Assembly: GCA_965248575.1 (NCBI GenBank)
Contig: CBDFJQ010000002.1
Coordinates: 1,920,001 to 1,984,000, forward strand
Reading direction: 5' to 3'
Source: Planctomycetota bacterium
Lineage (GTDB): Bacteria; Planctomycetota; B15-G4
DNA length: 64,000 nt
Part shown: positions 38,626 through 47,803 of the stretch, piece by piece
How the letters are laid out: each line of letters starts with the position of its first letter
Numbering within the stretch: position 1 is the first letter of the stretch
Position numbers and translations under genes: made by a program
The notes under the pieces: generated by a model
The model's input: the letters and a program-made list of their open reading frames with translations, nothing else
Told to the model about the DNA's origin: nothing
Databases searched by the model: none

Positions 38626-38957
38626 TCATCGACCCAGGCCCCGCGCCGGCTTGAGGGTCGACGAGAGCTGCGAATCCACGCTGTCGTGGTGGTGCCGGAT
38701 ATCGACGGCCTCCACTAGGAAAATCACGTCATCAGCAATGTTCGTGGCCAGATTGGCCACCCGCCCGAGCTGAGGGAGGCCGTCAGGTAGTCGAGGCAGG
38801 ACTCCACGTCCTGCGAGCTGACGCGCATGCGCTGGATCAGCTTCACGAAATGCTTCCAATTCAGGTCTTCCAGCTCATCGTTCGGGGCACAGACCGCTTG
38901 GGCCATGGGCACGATGAGAACGGCAGAAACAGCGCTGGCAGTGACGGTACGAAGCAT
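38626..38957 (-). pseudogene. phoU: Truncated, frameshifted phoU 3' remnant
   Basis: Frame A reads AQAVCAPNDELEDLNWKHFVKLIQRM...VESCLDYLTAS. After a shift near 38773, frame B reads QLGRVANLATNIADDVIFLVEAVDIRH, matching the PhoU C-terminal LERxADxATNIAEDV motif. The N-terminal half is absent. Confidence 0.8.
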
Positions 38958-39079
38958 CCTGAGTCCTCGGATTGGTTGGAACAGCGGCGAGGTCTGTCCA
39001 ACCAAGGCGAAGACACTGCGTGTACTTCGTGCAGACTGTGTGAAGGCCTACAAGCTCCCTCAGCCGAGTCACATGGGAA

Positions 39080-40618
39080 CTACACCTTCTCCACGTACTT
39101 CAAATAGAAGGCGTCGAAGTCGTCCCAATCCTCGTCCGTCCATGACCCGAAGGTCTTCTCGTAGGTGAGGTCCTGGATCTCGTTGGTGTTGGCCTGCTGG
39201 AAGTAGTCCTCAGGGTCCGAGGAGGGGGCCTGGCCCACGGGCTCTTTCTTGTACTGCTCTTGGGCCTTCAGCATCAGGCCCTGGGCCACCTCCAACCGAG
39301 CCTCTAGCAGATTGCCGAGGTAGTCCGGGAGGATCCGCTTCCACTGCGGCTTCAAGCGCTTGCTCTCCCGCAGCATGTGCACCAGGGCCCAGCCCTGGGC
39401 GTAGTGCACACGTCCGTTGGCGTAGTACTCCTGCTGGCTGTAGCGCATCAGATCCTGGAGCGCCGTCGCCGCACCATCCGAGGAGTCCTTGCCTTGTGAG
39501 CGCAGCATGCAAGCCTTCTTCACACCCTCCTGGCGACCGATACCACCCCCCGCGTTGCCGAAGGACAGCACGCGGTACGAGCGTGAGAGCTTCGCCCCCG
39601 CGAAGTAGTCCCCGTGCCCTTCGTTGTACCAGCTGTGCGGAGCGAGCTCGCCGTAGAAGTAGTAGATGTACTGATGGAAGGCCTCGTGATTCAGCACGGC
39701 CAAGGTGAACGAGCGCGGCGCCATGTCGAAGAACACCAGCTCGCGCTGACCGGAGCTCCAGTAGCCGCCTGAGCCCTCGCTGCCACCGTAACCGAGGTAG
39801 TCCTGCCGGCTGTCACAGACGCGCACGATGGAGATGTCGTCGAAGCTCTCGCCCTCCGGCGGATACAGCTCCTCGTAGGTGTCGCGAATCGCCTCGATCT
39901 GATCCCCCATCTGCTTCACGAAGGTCTTCTCTGCGTTGAAGAGGAAGAGGTATCGATCGGTGCGCATGGAATCCCAACCCCGGGGAAGCTTGTCGATCTG
40001 CTCCTGGAGGAATCGTTCCTGTTCCGTCATCTGCGAGCGCTCGCCGTTCTCTTCGGACGGTGCCTCCTTGTCGATGCGCTTGAACGACTTGGCCGACTTC
40101 GAGAGGTCCTTCACGTCTTTCTTGAAGCGGTCCTTCCACGTCTTCCCCGTGAACACGAACACTCCGTCCTCTTGGTCGAGGAGCAGCTGATACACGGCGA
40201 GCTCTCCTGCCTGGGGAATCAGGTAGCGCTCCCGGGCCGGGCGCCTGCCCACGGAGATCTGCTTGTCCTTGTCCACTTCGCAGTAGCCTTCGGACTCCTC
40301 CAGCTCCAGCACGAGCTGCTCGAAGTACTGCTCGCGGGAATCGCCCTCCGGCACCATGGAGTTGGGGAAGAACATCACGTTCATGGTGTTGTGCCACGTC
40401 TGGTTACCGCTGATGGTGGCCTTGGTGCTCTTGAAGCGCGCCACGCTCACCACTTGATTCGGCTGCACGGGAAACGCCTCGAAGTTCTTGGCGGGCTTGA
40501 ACTGATACCCCAGGCGCGTGTCCTTGTGGAGCTGAGCCGTCACGCTGGACGGCAGCAGAGAGGTGAGAGCCAGAGTGAGCAGACAAGCCACCCAAGAACG
40601 CGACACGCCGATCTTCAT
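39080..40618 (-). CDS. Secreted zinc metallopeptidase-like protein (DUF1570/peptidase MA-like)
   Basis: Signal peptide, GGYW, HEAFHQY...WYNEGHGDYF (gluzincin HExxH + E), YAQGWALVH. Confidence 0.82.
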   Translation of the reverse strand: MKIGVSRSWVACLLTLALTSLLPSSVTAQLHKDTRLGYQFKPAKNFEAFPVQPNQVVSVARFKSTKATISGNQTWHNTMNVMFFPNSMVPEGDSREQYFEQLVLELEESEGYCEVDKDKQISVGRRPARERYLIPQAGELAVYQLLLDQEDGVFVFTGKTWKDRFKKDVKDLSKSAKSFKRIDKEAPSEENGERSQMTEQERFLQEQIDKLPRGWDSMRTDRYLFLFNAEKTFVKQMGDQIEAIRDTYEELYPPEGESFDDISIVRVCDSRQDYLGYGGSEGSGGYWSSGQRELVFFDMAPRSFTLAVLNHEAFHQYIYYFYGELAPHSWYNEGHGDYFAGAKLSRSYRVLSFGNAGGGIGRQEGVKKACMLRSQGKDSSDGAATALQDLMRYSQQEYYANGRVHYAQGWALVHMLRESKRLKPQWKRILPDYLGNLLEARLEVAQGLMLKAQEQYKKEPVGQAPSSDPEDYFQQANTNEIQDLTYEKTFGSWTDEDWDDFDAFYLKYVEKV

Positions 40619-40774
40619 CGAGACCACTCCCTGCCATGGGCTGGAGACGAGCGCCATCGACCGAACCCCGCCCTGCCCCGGGCTGGTTTCGACGACTCGA
40701 TGAACGCCGGAAGCGCCGCGACGCGCCTCCTGAGTGGCGTGGAGTCTAGCAGCCCACAGCGAGCCCCTGGTGAC

Positions 40775-41791
40775 TCAGTCCCGAACGGAACCCACCCGGC
40801 CGAAGCGCAGGGGAGGGACCTCTCCCTCGCGCGCCTTGAAGATCATCCGGCAGGCCTCCACGCAGTCGCCGCAGCGGATGCACTCTGCGTCCCCGTAGAC
40901 CTCTCCGGCGTCGTTTTCTCCTTCGCCCGCAGCCGAAGGCATCTGTCCGATCAGATCCATGCTGGCCGAGGCCGCACAGTCCGAAGACGACGGTTCCGCT
41001 TCAGGGCTGGGGATCGGACGCCCGAGGGCCTTGGGGTCGATGTTCACCGGACAGATCTTCTCGCAGGCCCCGCACTCGATGCAGGGGCTGGGGTATTGGT
41101 CAAACACGATGCCGATCGGCGTGCGCGAGGTGACGAAGCGGTAGTACAAACCGATGGGACACGCCGAGCGACAGAAGCCGAACTTCCACTTGAAGGCATG
41201 CACGAAGCCACCGAAGCACAGCAGCAGCCAGACGCCCAGCACGACGCCCCTGGCGAGGGGGCTGCCATCCAGGAGCACGCGCCAGTCCACCCACCACAAC
41301 ATGATGGCGCTGATGAACGTCGCCACGAAGCCAGCGCCGGCCAGGTGGGACAGCGCCCACTTCCAGCGCTTGCGGCGCTTGAGGTGCACGTCTTCGCCGA
41401 GCCGACTGACGTAGCCAACAGGGCAACCCCAGCCACAGAAGAAGCGACCCACCACGATGTTCGTGGCGAAGGTGATGCCCCAGAGAATGGCCATGGCGAT
41501 CACGAAGCCGCCGAACCCCGTGACGAAGTCTACGGACTCAGTGAGCAGCAGGTGGTGGCCAGCCCAAAGGTCCATGCGAACCAGACCCGTGAGCGGGACA
41601 GCGAGCAAGATCACCAACGAGAGGGTGATGACCAGGATACGCAGCAGCTGATACGCGGCCCCGCGCGTCGCCACCGCCGTCAGGATGCGCACACGTTGAT
41701 CGTCGCGGATCTGCATGCCATGCACGGCTTGCTTCCCGGTGCTGGTACCGGTACCGCTTGCGGAAGCGCCGCTGGGGGAGGCGGCGGTCAC
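40775..41791 (-). CDS. ccoG: Membrane 4Fe-4S protein, CcoG/FixG/NapH-like
   Basis: GRFFCGWGCP, FCRSACP, CIECGACEKICP, CIRCGDCVEAC. GTG start overlaps the upstream stop (GTGA). Confidence 0.82.
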   Translation of the reverse strand: MTAASPSGASASGTGTSTGKQAVHGMQIRDDQRVRILTAVATRGAAYQLLRILVITLSLVILLAVPLTGLVRMDLWAGHHLLLTESVDFVTGFGGFVIAMAILWGITFATNIVVGRFFCGWGCPVGYVSRLGEDVHLKRRKRWKWALSHLAGAGFVATFISAIMLWWVDWRVLLDGSPLARGVVLGVWLLLCFGGFVHAFKWKFGFCRSACPIGLYYRFVTSRTPIGIVFDQYPSPCIECGACEKICPVNIDPKALGRPIPSPEAEPSSSDCAASASMDLIGQMPSAAGEGENDAGEVYGDAECIRCGDCVEACRMIFKAREGEVPPLRFGRVGSVRD

Positions 41792-42447
41792 GAGCAACAA
41801 CTCACGCTGTCGGAGACGAGTGGCAAGAGGGAACGGACGACTGTCATGCCCCCCGCGAGGATCACTGCCGTAGCACCGAAGAGTCGCAACCGCTCGGGAG
41901 AGAGCCGCCCCCGGGCAGGAGCTGCCAGCAGGACGACTGACAGCAGGGCGGGTACGGTACCCAACCCGAAAGCCCCCATGAGAGCGGCCCCTCGCAAGGC
42001 GTCGCCGGCGAGCGAGGCCTGGATGAGCGCCAAGGCCACGGCGCCGCAAGGCAAGGCGCCGGTCAGGGCCCCCAACGTCCAGCGACCGCCCGGCAACTCA
42101 CGGCGGGTGAGGTTCCCCACGGCCCCTGTCACCACCATGGAAACCCGACCGCCAGGCGTCATGGAATGGCCCTTGAGAAAGCGCCAGCCGCCGAGGATCA
42201 ACAGGACGCCGACACCGGCACCGAACAGGGGTACCCAGGGGTGGGCCAGCGCGTGCAGCGTCGCGCCTGTGACGCCCGCGACGGTTCCCAGGACGGCATA
42301 GGTGGTCATCTTTCCCACGGCGTACAGCAAGAATCCCACACGCCCCTTGGCAGCGTGAAGGGCGAAGACTCCGCACATGCCGGCGCAGTGCCCCGCATGG
42401 GCCAAGCCCAACAAGCCACCGGCGATCAGCAGCGCCGTCCAACTCAC
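41788..42447 (-). CDS. DsbD_2/TauE-SafE-like membrane protein associated with cbb3 biogenesis
   Basis: GHCAGMCG, GALPCG, MGAFGLGTVPAL. About 6 TM helices. Confidence 0.88.
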   Translation of the reverse strand: MSWTALLIAGGLLGLAHAGHCAGMCGVFALHAAKGRVGFLLYAVGKMTTYAVLGTVAGVTGATLHALAHPWVPLFGAGVGVLLILGGWRFLKGHSMTPGGRVSMVVTGAVGNLTRRELPGGRWTLGALTGALPCGAVALALIQASLAGDALRGAALMGAFGLGTVPALLSVVLLAAPARGRLSPERLRLFGATAVILAGGMTVVRSLLPLVSDSVSCCS

Positions 42448-44834
42448 GAGCGCGCCTCCCAGCCCAAGCTCGGCTCCGAAACCGGAGCTGCGGCTGGGCC
42501 GCCCGGCCCTCGTGCAGCTCCCCGTCCTGAGGCCGGTACCGAAAGCGGTACAGAAAGCGGCGCCGAGCCCCCGAACAAGACGGGCTCCGTCTCCAGCAGG
42601 CGCCGGCTACGAGCACTCACCACGAGGCTGGACATGACCATGGCCAGCACGGCGAGCAAGGGATGCAGCTGGCCCGTTGCAGCGGCGCCCAAGGCCACCA
42701 CGTTGTAGGCCATGGTCCAGCTGAGGTTGCCACGCACGGTGCGCCGCAACGCCCGGGTCGCTTGGATGAGGACGGGCAAGGCGCGCAGGTCGTCCCCCAG
42801 CAATTCCACGTCGGCTTGTTCACGCGCCAAGGCCGTTCCAGACCCCAGGGCAACACCCAGGTCGGCTGCGCGCAGCGCCGGTGCATCATTCATGCCATCC
42901 CCTGCCATGAGCACCCGACGCCCTGCGGCGCGCAGTGCCTCGACGCGCGCCGTCTTCTGCGCGGGCACCAGGTCGCCCTCCCCGCGCACATCCAGCTGGC
43001 AAGCCAAGACGTCCACCGTAGCGGCCCGATCGCCGGAGAGAATCAGGACCTCCACCCCGAGCTGCTTCAGTTCGCGCACGGCTTCCGCAGCGCCCTCTCG
43101 CAGCCGGGTCTGCACAGCTCCCACGGCCTGCACGACACCCTGCTCAGCAACAGCTACCAGCGTGGAGCCCGTCTTCTCTGCGGCCCTCCTCGCTGCCCGG
43201 AGCTGCTCGCTCCAGCGGGCGCCTAGCGCATCGAGCCAGCGAGGTGAACCGACCTGGATGAAGTGCTGAGACTCGTCGGAATTCAACTGCACCCGGCCCT
43301 GCACTCCACAGCCGGGGAGCAACTCGACATCCGTCATGCCAGCAGTGGAGGGCTTCGCTGCCCGGAGCCCACCAGCATCGCCGCCCGACTGCCGGTGTTC
43401 CCGGAAGGAAGCTGCCAGGGCATGCCCTGAATGGGCCACCAGTTCGGAGGCACGCCAAAGCATGTGGGGAGTCACTGGTAGCAGGGGAGCCCAAGAGCCT
43501 TCCGGCTCGGTCAGGGTCCCCGTCTTGTCGAGCACCACGACGTCCACCCCAGCGGCGCTCTCCAGTGCCGCCGCCTTTCGAGCCAGCAGACCGCGCCGGG
43601 CCAGGGCCGCACGCGAGGCGCGGTAGGCGAGGGGGGTCGCCAAGCCCAAAGCACAGGGACAGGCGACGAGCAAGACGGACAGGGCGCGGCGCACACCCGC
43701 GCTGGTGTCAGCCTCCCAACCCGCCCACAAGCCGGCCGCAGCCGCCAAGCCGCTCACCACCCACACAAGAACTCCTGCCAGGCGGTCCGCAGCACGCACG
43801 GCCGCCGCTGTGTCGAGCGGAGCATCGAGCAGAGCCCGCAGCCTGCCCAAGGTTCCTTCAGTCGCGCGCTGCTGCACCCTCACTTCCAGGAGCACTGGAC
43901 CGTTTGTCGCACCAGCGGGCAAACCATCCCCCGGCCCCACAGCCCGCGGAGCCTGCTCGCCCGTCAGCATGGCTGTCACGATCTCTCCGCGCCCCTTCAA
44001 GACGACGACATCGGCGGGAATCGCCTCGCCAGGCAACACGTGACAGACATCGCCAATCTGGAGTTCTTGAGGGTCGACGTCCTCGTGGACTCCCCGACGG
44101 GCGACCGTCATCCCATCCGGGCCCGAGCTGTCCACGCGCTCGCCACGCAGGCGATGGGCGCAGCGAGGCAGGACGTCCTTCAACGCGTCGGCCGCGTCGC
44201 GACCGCGTTCGCGGGCGTGGGCCTCCAAACGCCGGCCAAAGGTCACCAGCAGAAGCACCATGGCTGCCGTCTCGAAGTACACCGGACCGCTCCCGCGCCA
44301 GGCGTTCGCTGCCGACAACGAATAGGCCGCTCCCGTCGCCAAGACAATCAGGCCGTCCAAGCGCATGCGCCCTTGGCGGGCATCAGCCCAGGCCCCTTGC
44401 AGCATCGGCGTGCCCAGCAGCGCCAGGACCGGCAGGGAAAGAGCTGCCAAGGCGGCCCGACCCAAGCCGCCCAGCTCCAGCAGGCCGGCTTCACCGCCCG
44501 CCGCGACGAGGTCCTCTGCATAGAGCACGAGGCTCAAGGTCATGATGCCCATGCACAGGAAGCTGGCGACGAGCAACCGCGCTTCCAGCAAGCCTCGCCG
44601 GCCCTCCCCACCGGACACATTGTGCGCGAGCCTGCAGCCCACGCAGCAGAACTGCTCGGCGGGCGCTTGCTCCTGCAACGGGACCACGGCCTCGGCATGC
44701 GCCCGGCCGGCTTCCCGAATGCGGGCAGCACGCCGCCCGAAGAACAGGGGACGCCCCGGTCGCACCGGCAGCCCGCAGTGGGTGCACGCGGAGGGGTTCG
44801 CGCCGACATCTGGCTCTGCGATCCGTGCGTTCAC
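42444..44834 (-). CDS. ccoI: P1B-type Cu-translocating ATPase (CcoI/FixI-like)
   Basis: N-terminal CTHCGLPV...FCCVGC, then TGE, CPCALGLATP, DKTGTLT, GDGMNDAPAL, YN and MxxSS. Confidence 0.92.
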   Translation of the reverse strand: MNARIAEPDVGANPSACTHCGLPVRPGRPLFFGRRAARIREAGRAHAEAVVPLQEQAPAEQFCCVGCRLAHNVSGGEGRRGLLEARLLVASFLCMGIMTLSLVLYAEDLVAAGGEAGLLELGGLGRAALAALSLPVLALLGTPMLQGAWADARQGRMRLDGLIVLATGAAYSLSAANAWRGSGPVYFETAAMVLLLVTFGRRLEAHARERGRDAADALKDVLPRCAHRLRGERVDSSGPDGMTVARRGVHEDVDPQELQIGDVCHVLPGEAIPADVVVLKGRGEIVTAMLTGEQAPRAVGPGDGLPAGATNGPVLLEVRVQQRATEGTLGRLRALLDAPLDTAAAVRAADRLAGVLVWVVSGLAAAAGLWAGWEADTSAGVRRALSVLLVACPCALGLATPLAYRASRAALARRGLLARKAAALESAAGVDVVVLDKTGTLTEPEGSWAPLLPVTPHMLWRASELVAHSGHALAASFREHRQSGGDAGGLRAAKPSTAGMTDVELLPGCGVQGRVQLNSDESQHFIQVGSPRWLDALGARWSEQLRAARRAAEKTGSTLVAVAEQGVVQAVGAVQTRLREGAAEAVRELKQLGVEVLILSGDRAATVDVLACQLDVRGEGDLVPAQKTARVEALRAAGRRVLMAGDGMNDAPALRAADLGVALGSGTALAREQADVELLGDDLRALPVLIQATRALRRTVRGNLSWTMAYNVVALGAAATGQLHPLLAVLAMVMSSLVVSARSRRLLETEPVLFGGSAPLSVPLSVPASGRGAARGPGGPAAAPVSEPSLGWEARS

Positions 44835-44847
44835 GAGTCTGCGCCCT

Positions 44848-45060
44848 TCAGCCGACCTCGTCTGCCAAGGATGCGAGCAGGTAGGTCACGGTGTACCAGG
44901 CGCCGAAGGCCAGGAAGGCCAGCCACGCAAACTTCATGAAGAGCGGCATGCGGCCGTGGCCGTAGCCGAACCCTGCCGGCACCTGGTCGTCCCCTCGGGC
45001 GTCCTGTGCGAGGGAGTCGTCGCTGACAGCCTGGGGCTCAATCGAAGTCGGCGTGGTCAT
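44848..45060 (-). CDS. Small single-TM oxidase accessory protein (CcoP N-terminus/CcoQ-like)
   Basis: 70 aa with YGHGRMPLFMKFAWLAFLAFGAWY. Overlaps the upstream gene within the cco operon. Confidence 0.6.
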   Translation of the reverse strand: MTTPTSIEPQAVSDDSLAQDARGDDQVPAGFGYGHGRMPLFMKFAWLAFLAFGAWYTVTYLLASLADEVG

Positions 45061-45361
45061 GGGCCAGCTCCCGTTCGAGAAGCTCGTACTTGGGGCGCTC
45101 GATGTCTGCGAAGTGCCCCTTGAAGAACGAGAAGGCCAGGAGCAGGAGGAAGCCCCCGGCCACCAGCCCGTACGTCACGAGATGGACGCCTGCGAACTCG
45201 AACCCTTCTGTCTCCGTCAGGGCCCAGAAGAACTCGTAGAGCTTGTAGAAGAACCCGAGGCCTGCCACACCACAGCCGGCGATGAAGAAGATCAACCAGG
45301 CGCGCTGCAGACCGCTGCGAGCGAGCTTGGGCTCGTTGACGGGTTGTTGCGGTTTCGCCAT
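45038..45361 (-). CDS. ccoS: CcoS/FixS-like maturation protein (two TM)
   Basis: C-terminal FFKGHFADIERPKYELL resembles the CcoS GQFDDxExPA motif. ATG 45361 overlaps the ccoO stop (TAATG). Confidence 0.6.
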   Translation of the reverse strand: MAKPQQPVNEPKLARSGLQRAWLIFFIAGCGVAGLGFFYKLYEFFWALTETEGFEFAGVHLVTYGLVAGGFLLLLAFSFFKGHFADIERPKYELLERELAHDHADFD

Positions 45362-46284
45362 TACACGCCCTCCGCATCGGTGTCGTCCGAAGTACCGGCA
45401 GAGGCGCCGTCCGAGGTACCGGCCGTCGCCACTGACTCCGGTTGCCAGGTCCCCAACCACTGTAGGTAGGCTAGCAGGGAGAGCCCGCGTTCGTTGAGGC
45501 CCTTGCCTTCTGCCACGAACAGACGCTCCTTTTCGGCTGCGAGCGTCGCCGGCAGCTCGGCCGCCACGCGCACCAAAGCCGACTCCCCTTCCTCCCGCGT
45601 GTCATAAACACCGGGAATGGGGTAGGAGGTCTCCGGGCTCAGGCCCGTGCGCTTGGCAACATCGGGGTCGATGGACCGGCGCACCTGCCAACCCTTGCGG
45701 AACATCCAGCGGTAGCGCGGCATGACGGAGCCCGGTGTGACATCCGTCGGCTGCCAAAGGTGGGCGGCGTGCCAGTCGTTGCTGCGCAGGGTGCCTTCAT
45801 ACGTGAGGTCAGGACCCACGCGCCGCGTGCCCCACATCATGGGGCGCTGCAGTGCGTTGTTGTCCTGTTCCCAACGAGAGACGGGACCGAAGCGCAGGTC
45901 TTCGTTGGCCACGGGGCGCACATACTGGCTGTGGCAGTGCCAACAGCCCTCGCCCACGTACGCATCGCGCCCGTTGCGCAAGGCCGTCTGGTAGGCCTCC
46001 CGCCAAGCCGCCTCGCTCTGCGTGCGCCTCGGGTCTGCCTCAGGCACATCCACCAGCTCCTGCAAGCTCAGGGCACTCTCGGCGCCATAGGCCTGGCGGA
46101 AGCCCTCGGGCCAACGCTCGCGTGAGTCCTTGAAGTCGACCGAGACATTCTCGGCCAACTCCTCCAACGTGGCGGCCGGCGTGCCGCCCTCGTTCAGCAT
46201 GAAGGGATACAGCCCGGACAAGAGGAAGGCGAGAATGAAGCAGCCCAAGCCCGCGGCCAAGACGATTGCCAGGAAACGATCCAT
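45361..46284 (-). CDS. ccoO: cbb3-type oxidase subunit II (monoheme cytochrome c)
   Basis: GRDAYVGEGCWHCHSQYVRP, WGTRRVGPDL, WHAAHL..P....PGSVMP.Y, LLAYLQWLG. Start at ATG 46284. Confidence 0.93.
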   Translation of the reverse strand: MDRFLAIVLAAGLGCFILAFLLSGLYPFMLNEGGTPAATLEELAENVSVDFKDSRERWPEGFRQAYGAESALSLQELVDVPEADPRRTQSEAAWREAYQTALRNGRDAYVGEGCWHCHSQYVRPVANEDLRFGPVSRWEQDNNALQRPMMWGTRRVGPDLTYEGTLRSNDWHAAHLWQPTDVTPGSVMPRYRWMFRKGWQVRRSIDPDVAKRTGLSPETSYPIPGVYDTREEGESALVRVAAELPATLAAEKERLFVAEGKGLNERGLSLLAYLQWLGTWQPESVATAGTSDGASAGTSDDTDAEGV

Positions 46285-46285
46285 C

Positions 46286-47803
46286 TCAGACACCCTCCGC
46301 GTCGACCAGATCGACCCGATAGTCATAGGGTTTCGGCGTTCTCGCCGTCATCCACAGGTTCCACACCCAGAGCACCTGGCCCACGAGGATCATGCCCCCC
46401 GCGAAGGTGCGCACGGCCCAGTAGGGCTTCATGGCATCGACGATGTCGATCCAAGGCACGAGCCGGTCCAGCATCGCGCCGTGCACGACGCCCGCGGCCA
46501 GCAAGTCCACGAACATGATCACCAGGCCGATGGTGGACAGCCAGAACTGCCAGTGATTCAGGCGTCGGTTGTGCCACTCGTTGCCCACCAACCTCGGCCA
46601 GAGCCAGGTGATGATGCCGATGATCCAGAACGCGAACACGCCCAGCATCACCAGGTGAGCATGGCCCGGCACCCAGTCCGTGAAGTGGATCGTCTTCTGC
46701 AGTGTGAGCGAGGTGTGGAATGCACACTGCAAGCACGTCAGGAAGTAGCAGATCATGCCGGTGTAGAACCAACGGATCGGCAGGTTCGTGCGCAGCGCAT
46801 AGCCGCGGCCGTGCATGGTGGCGAAGAAGTTCACGATCACCGTGGTGACGACGATCTCCACCGCCATGGTGGAGATCACCGCACCGTACTGCACCGACAT
46901 GGGGATCGACGACAGCAGGAAGTGGTGCACACCGTTCAGGGGATAGAAGAACGCCAGGGCCCAGAAACCGATCACCGACAACGCGTGGCTCCACATGGGC
47001 TTGCGCAGGATGATGGGCACGAAGAAGTACATCAGGCCCCAACCCATGGGCGTCACGAAGAGCCCCACCAGGTCGTGGATGAAGAGCCCGACCGTGGCCG
47101 CACCCGAGGCACCTGTCATGGTCCACTCAGGCAGGGTGTTGCCCATGACGTAGGTCAGGATCAGCCAGACGATGCCTGCCGTGAGATACCAACCGGTGAC
47201 GTAGAGCCGCTTGTTCAGCGACTTGGCCAGAGGCACCAGGAACTGGATGGCCACCAGCACGGCGCCCAGTTCGATCAGGAAGTCGACGGGGATGTACTGG
47301 AGGTCCCAGCTGCCGGGGCGGAAGCCCGTGGGGGTCTCGCCCCATTCGACGCCTTGGGCGAAGCCCAGGGCCTGGCCAACGCTCGTCGCGAGCACCAGCG
47401 TCTGCCAGACGACGAGGATCACCCAACCCAGCTTCTTGCTCGCCACCCCCCGCCCGGTGAGTCGCGGGACGACGTAGTACATCGCGCCCACGAAGCAGTT
47501 CACGAGGAAGCCGTAGGCGATCTCATTCGTGTGCAGGAAGCGCAAACGCCCAGCGCTCAACCAGGGTGTGTCCTGAAAGGGGTACATGTTCAGAAAGTTC
47601 AGGCTCACCAAAAAGCCCGCGGTCATGGACGACATGAGGAAGAACACGCCGCTGATGAAGTGCCACTTCACCAGGGCCTTGTGCACCAGGTCACCCGTAC
47701 CGGCCACCACACCACTGCCGACACCGCTACCGGCACCGGCACCGGCCGAGCCCTCGCCGTCGCTCACATCCCCTGCCGCAACAGCCGCATCTGCGGTCGT
47801 CAT
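46286..47803 (-). CDS. ccoN: C-family (cbb3-like) heme-copper oxidase subunit I, divergent
   Basis: GRLRFLHTN (H91), H243, Y287, H293/H294 and HFTDWVPGHAH (H381/H383). Spacing from H243 onward matches canonical CcoN. Confidence 0.92.
   Translation of the reverse strand: MTTADAAVAAGDVSDGEGSAGAGAGSGVGSGVVAGTGDLVHKALVKWHFISGVFFLMSSMTAGFLVSLNFLNMYPFQDTPWLSAGRLRFLHTNEIAYGFLVNCFVGAMYYVVPRLTGRGVASKKLGWVILVVWQTLVLATSVGQALGFAQGVEWGETPTGFRPGSWDLQYIPVDFLIELGAVLVAIQFLVPLAKSLNKRLYVTGWYLTAGIVWLILTYVMGNTLPEWTMTGASGAATVGLFIHDLVGLFVTPMGWGLMYFFVPIILRKPMWSHALSVIGFWALAFFYPLNGVHHFLLSSIPMSVQYGAVISTMAVEIVVTTVIVNFFATMHGRGYALRTNLPIRWFYTGMICYFLTCLQCAFHTSLTLQKTIHFTDWVPGHAHLVMLGVFAFWIIGIITWLWPRLVGNEWHNRRLNHWQFWLSTIGLVIMFVDLLAAGVVHGAMLDRLVPWIDIVDAMKPYWAVRTFAGGMILVGQVLWVWNLWMTARTPKPYDYRVDLVDAEGV

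Noticed and set aside
46286..47803. Calling subunit I a canonical cNOR/qNOR
   Set aside because: It lacks the HLWVEG FeB-ligand Glu, retains the C-family Tyr, and is accompanied by CcoO and Cu-delivery genes.
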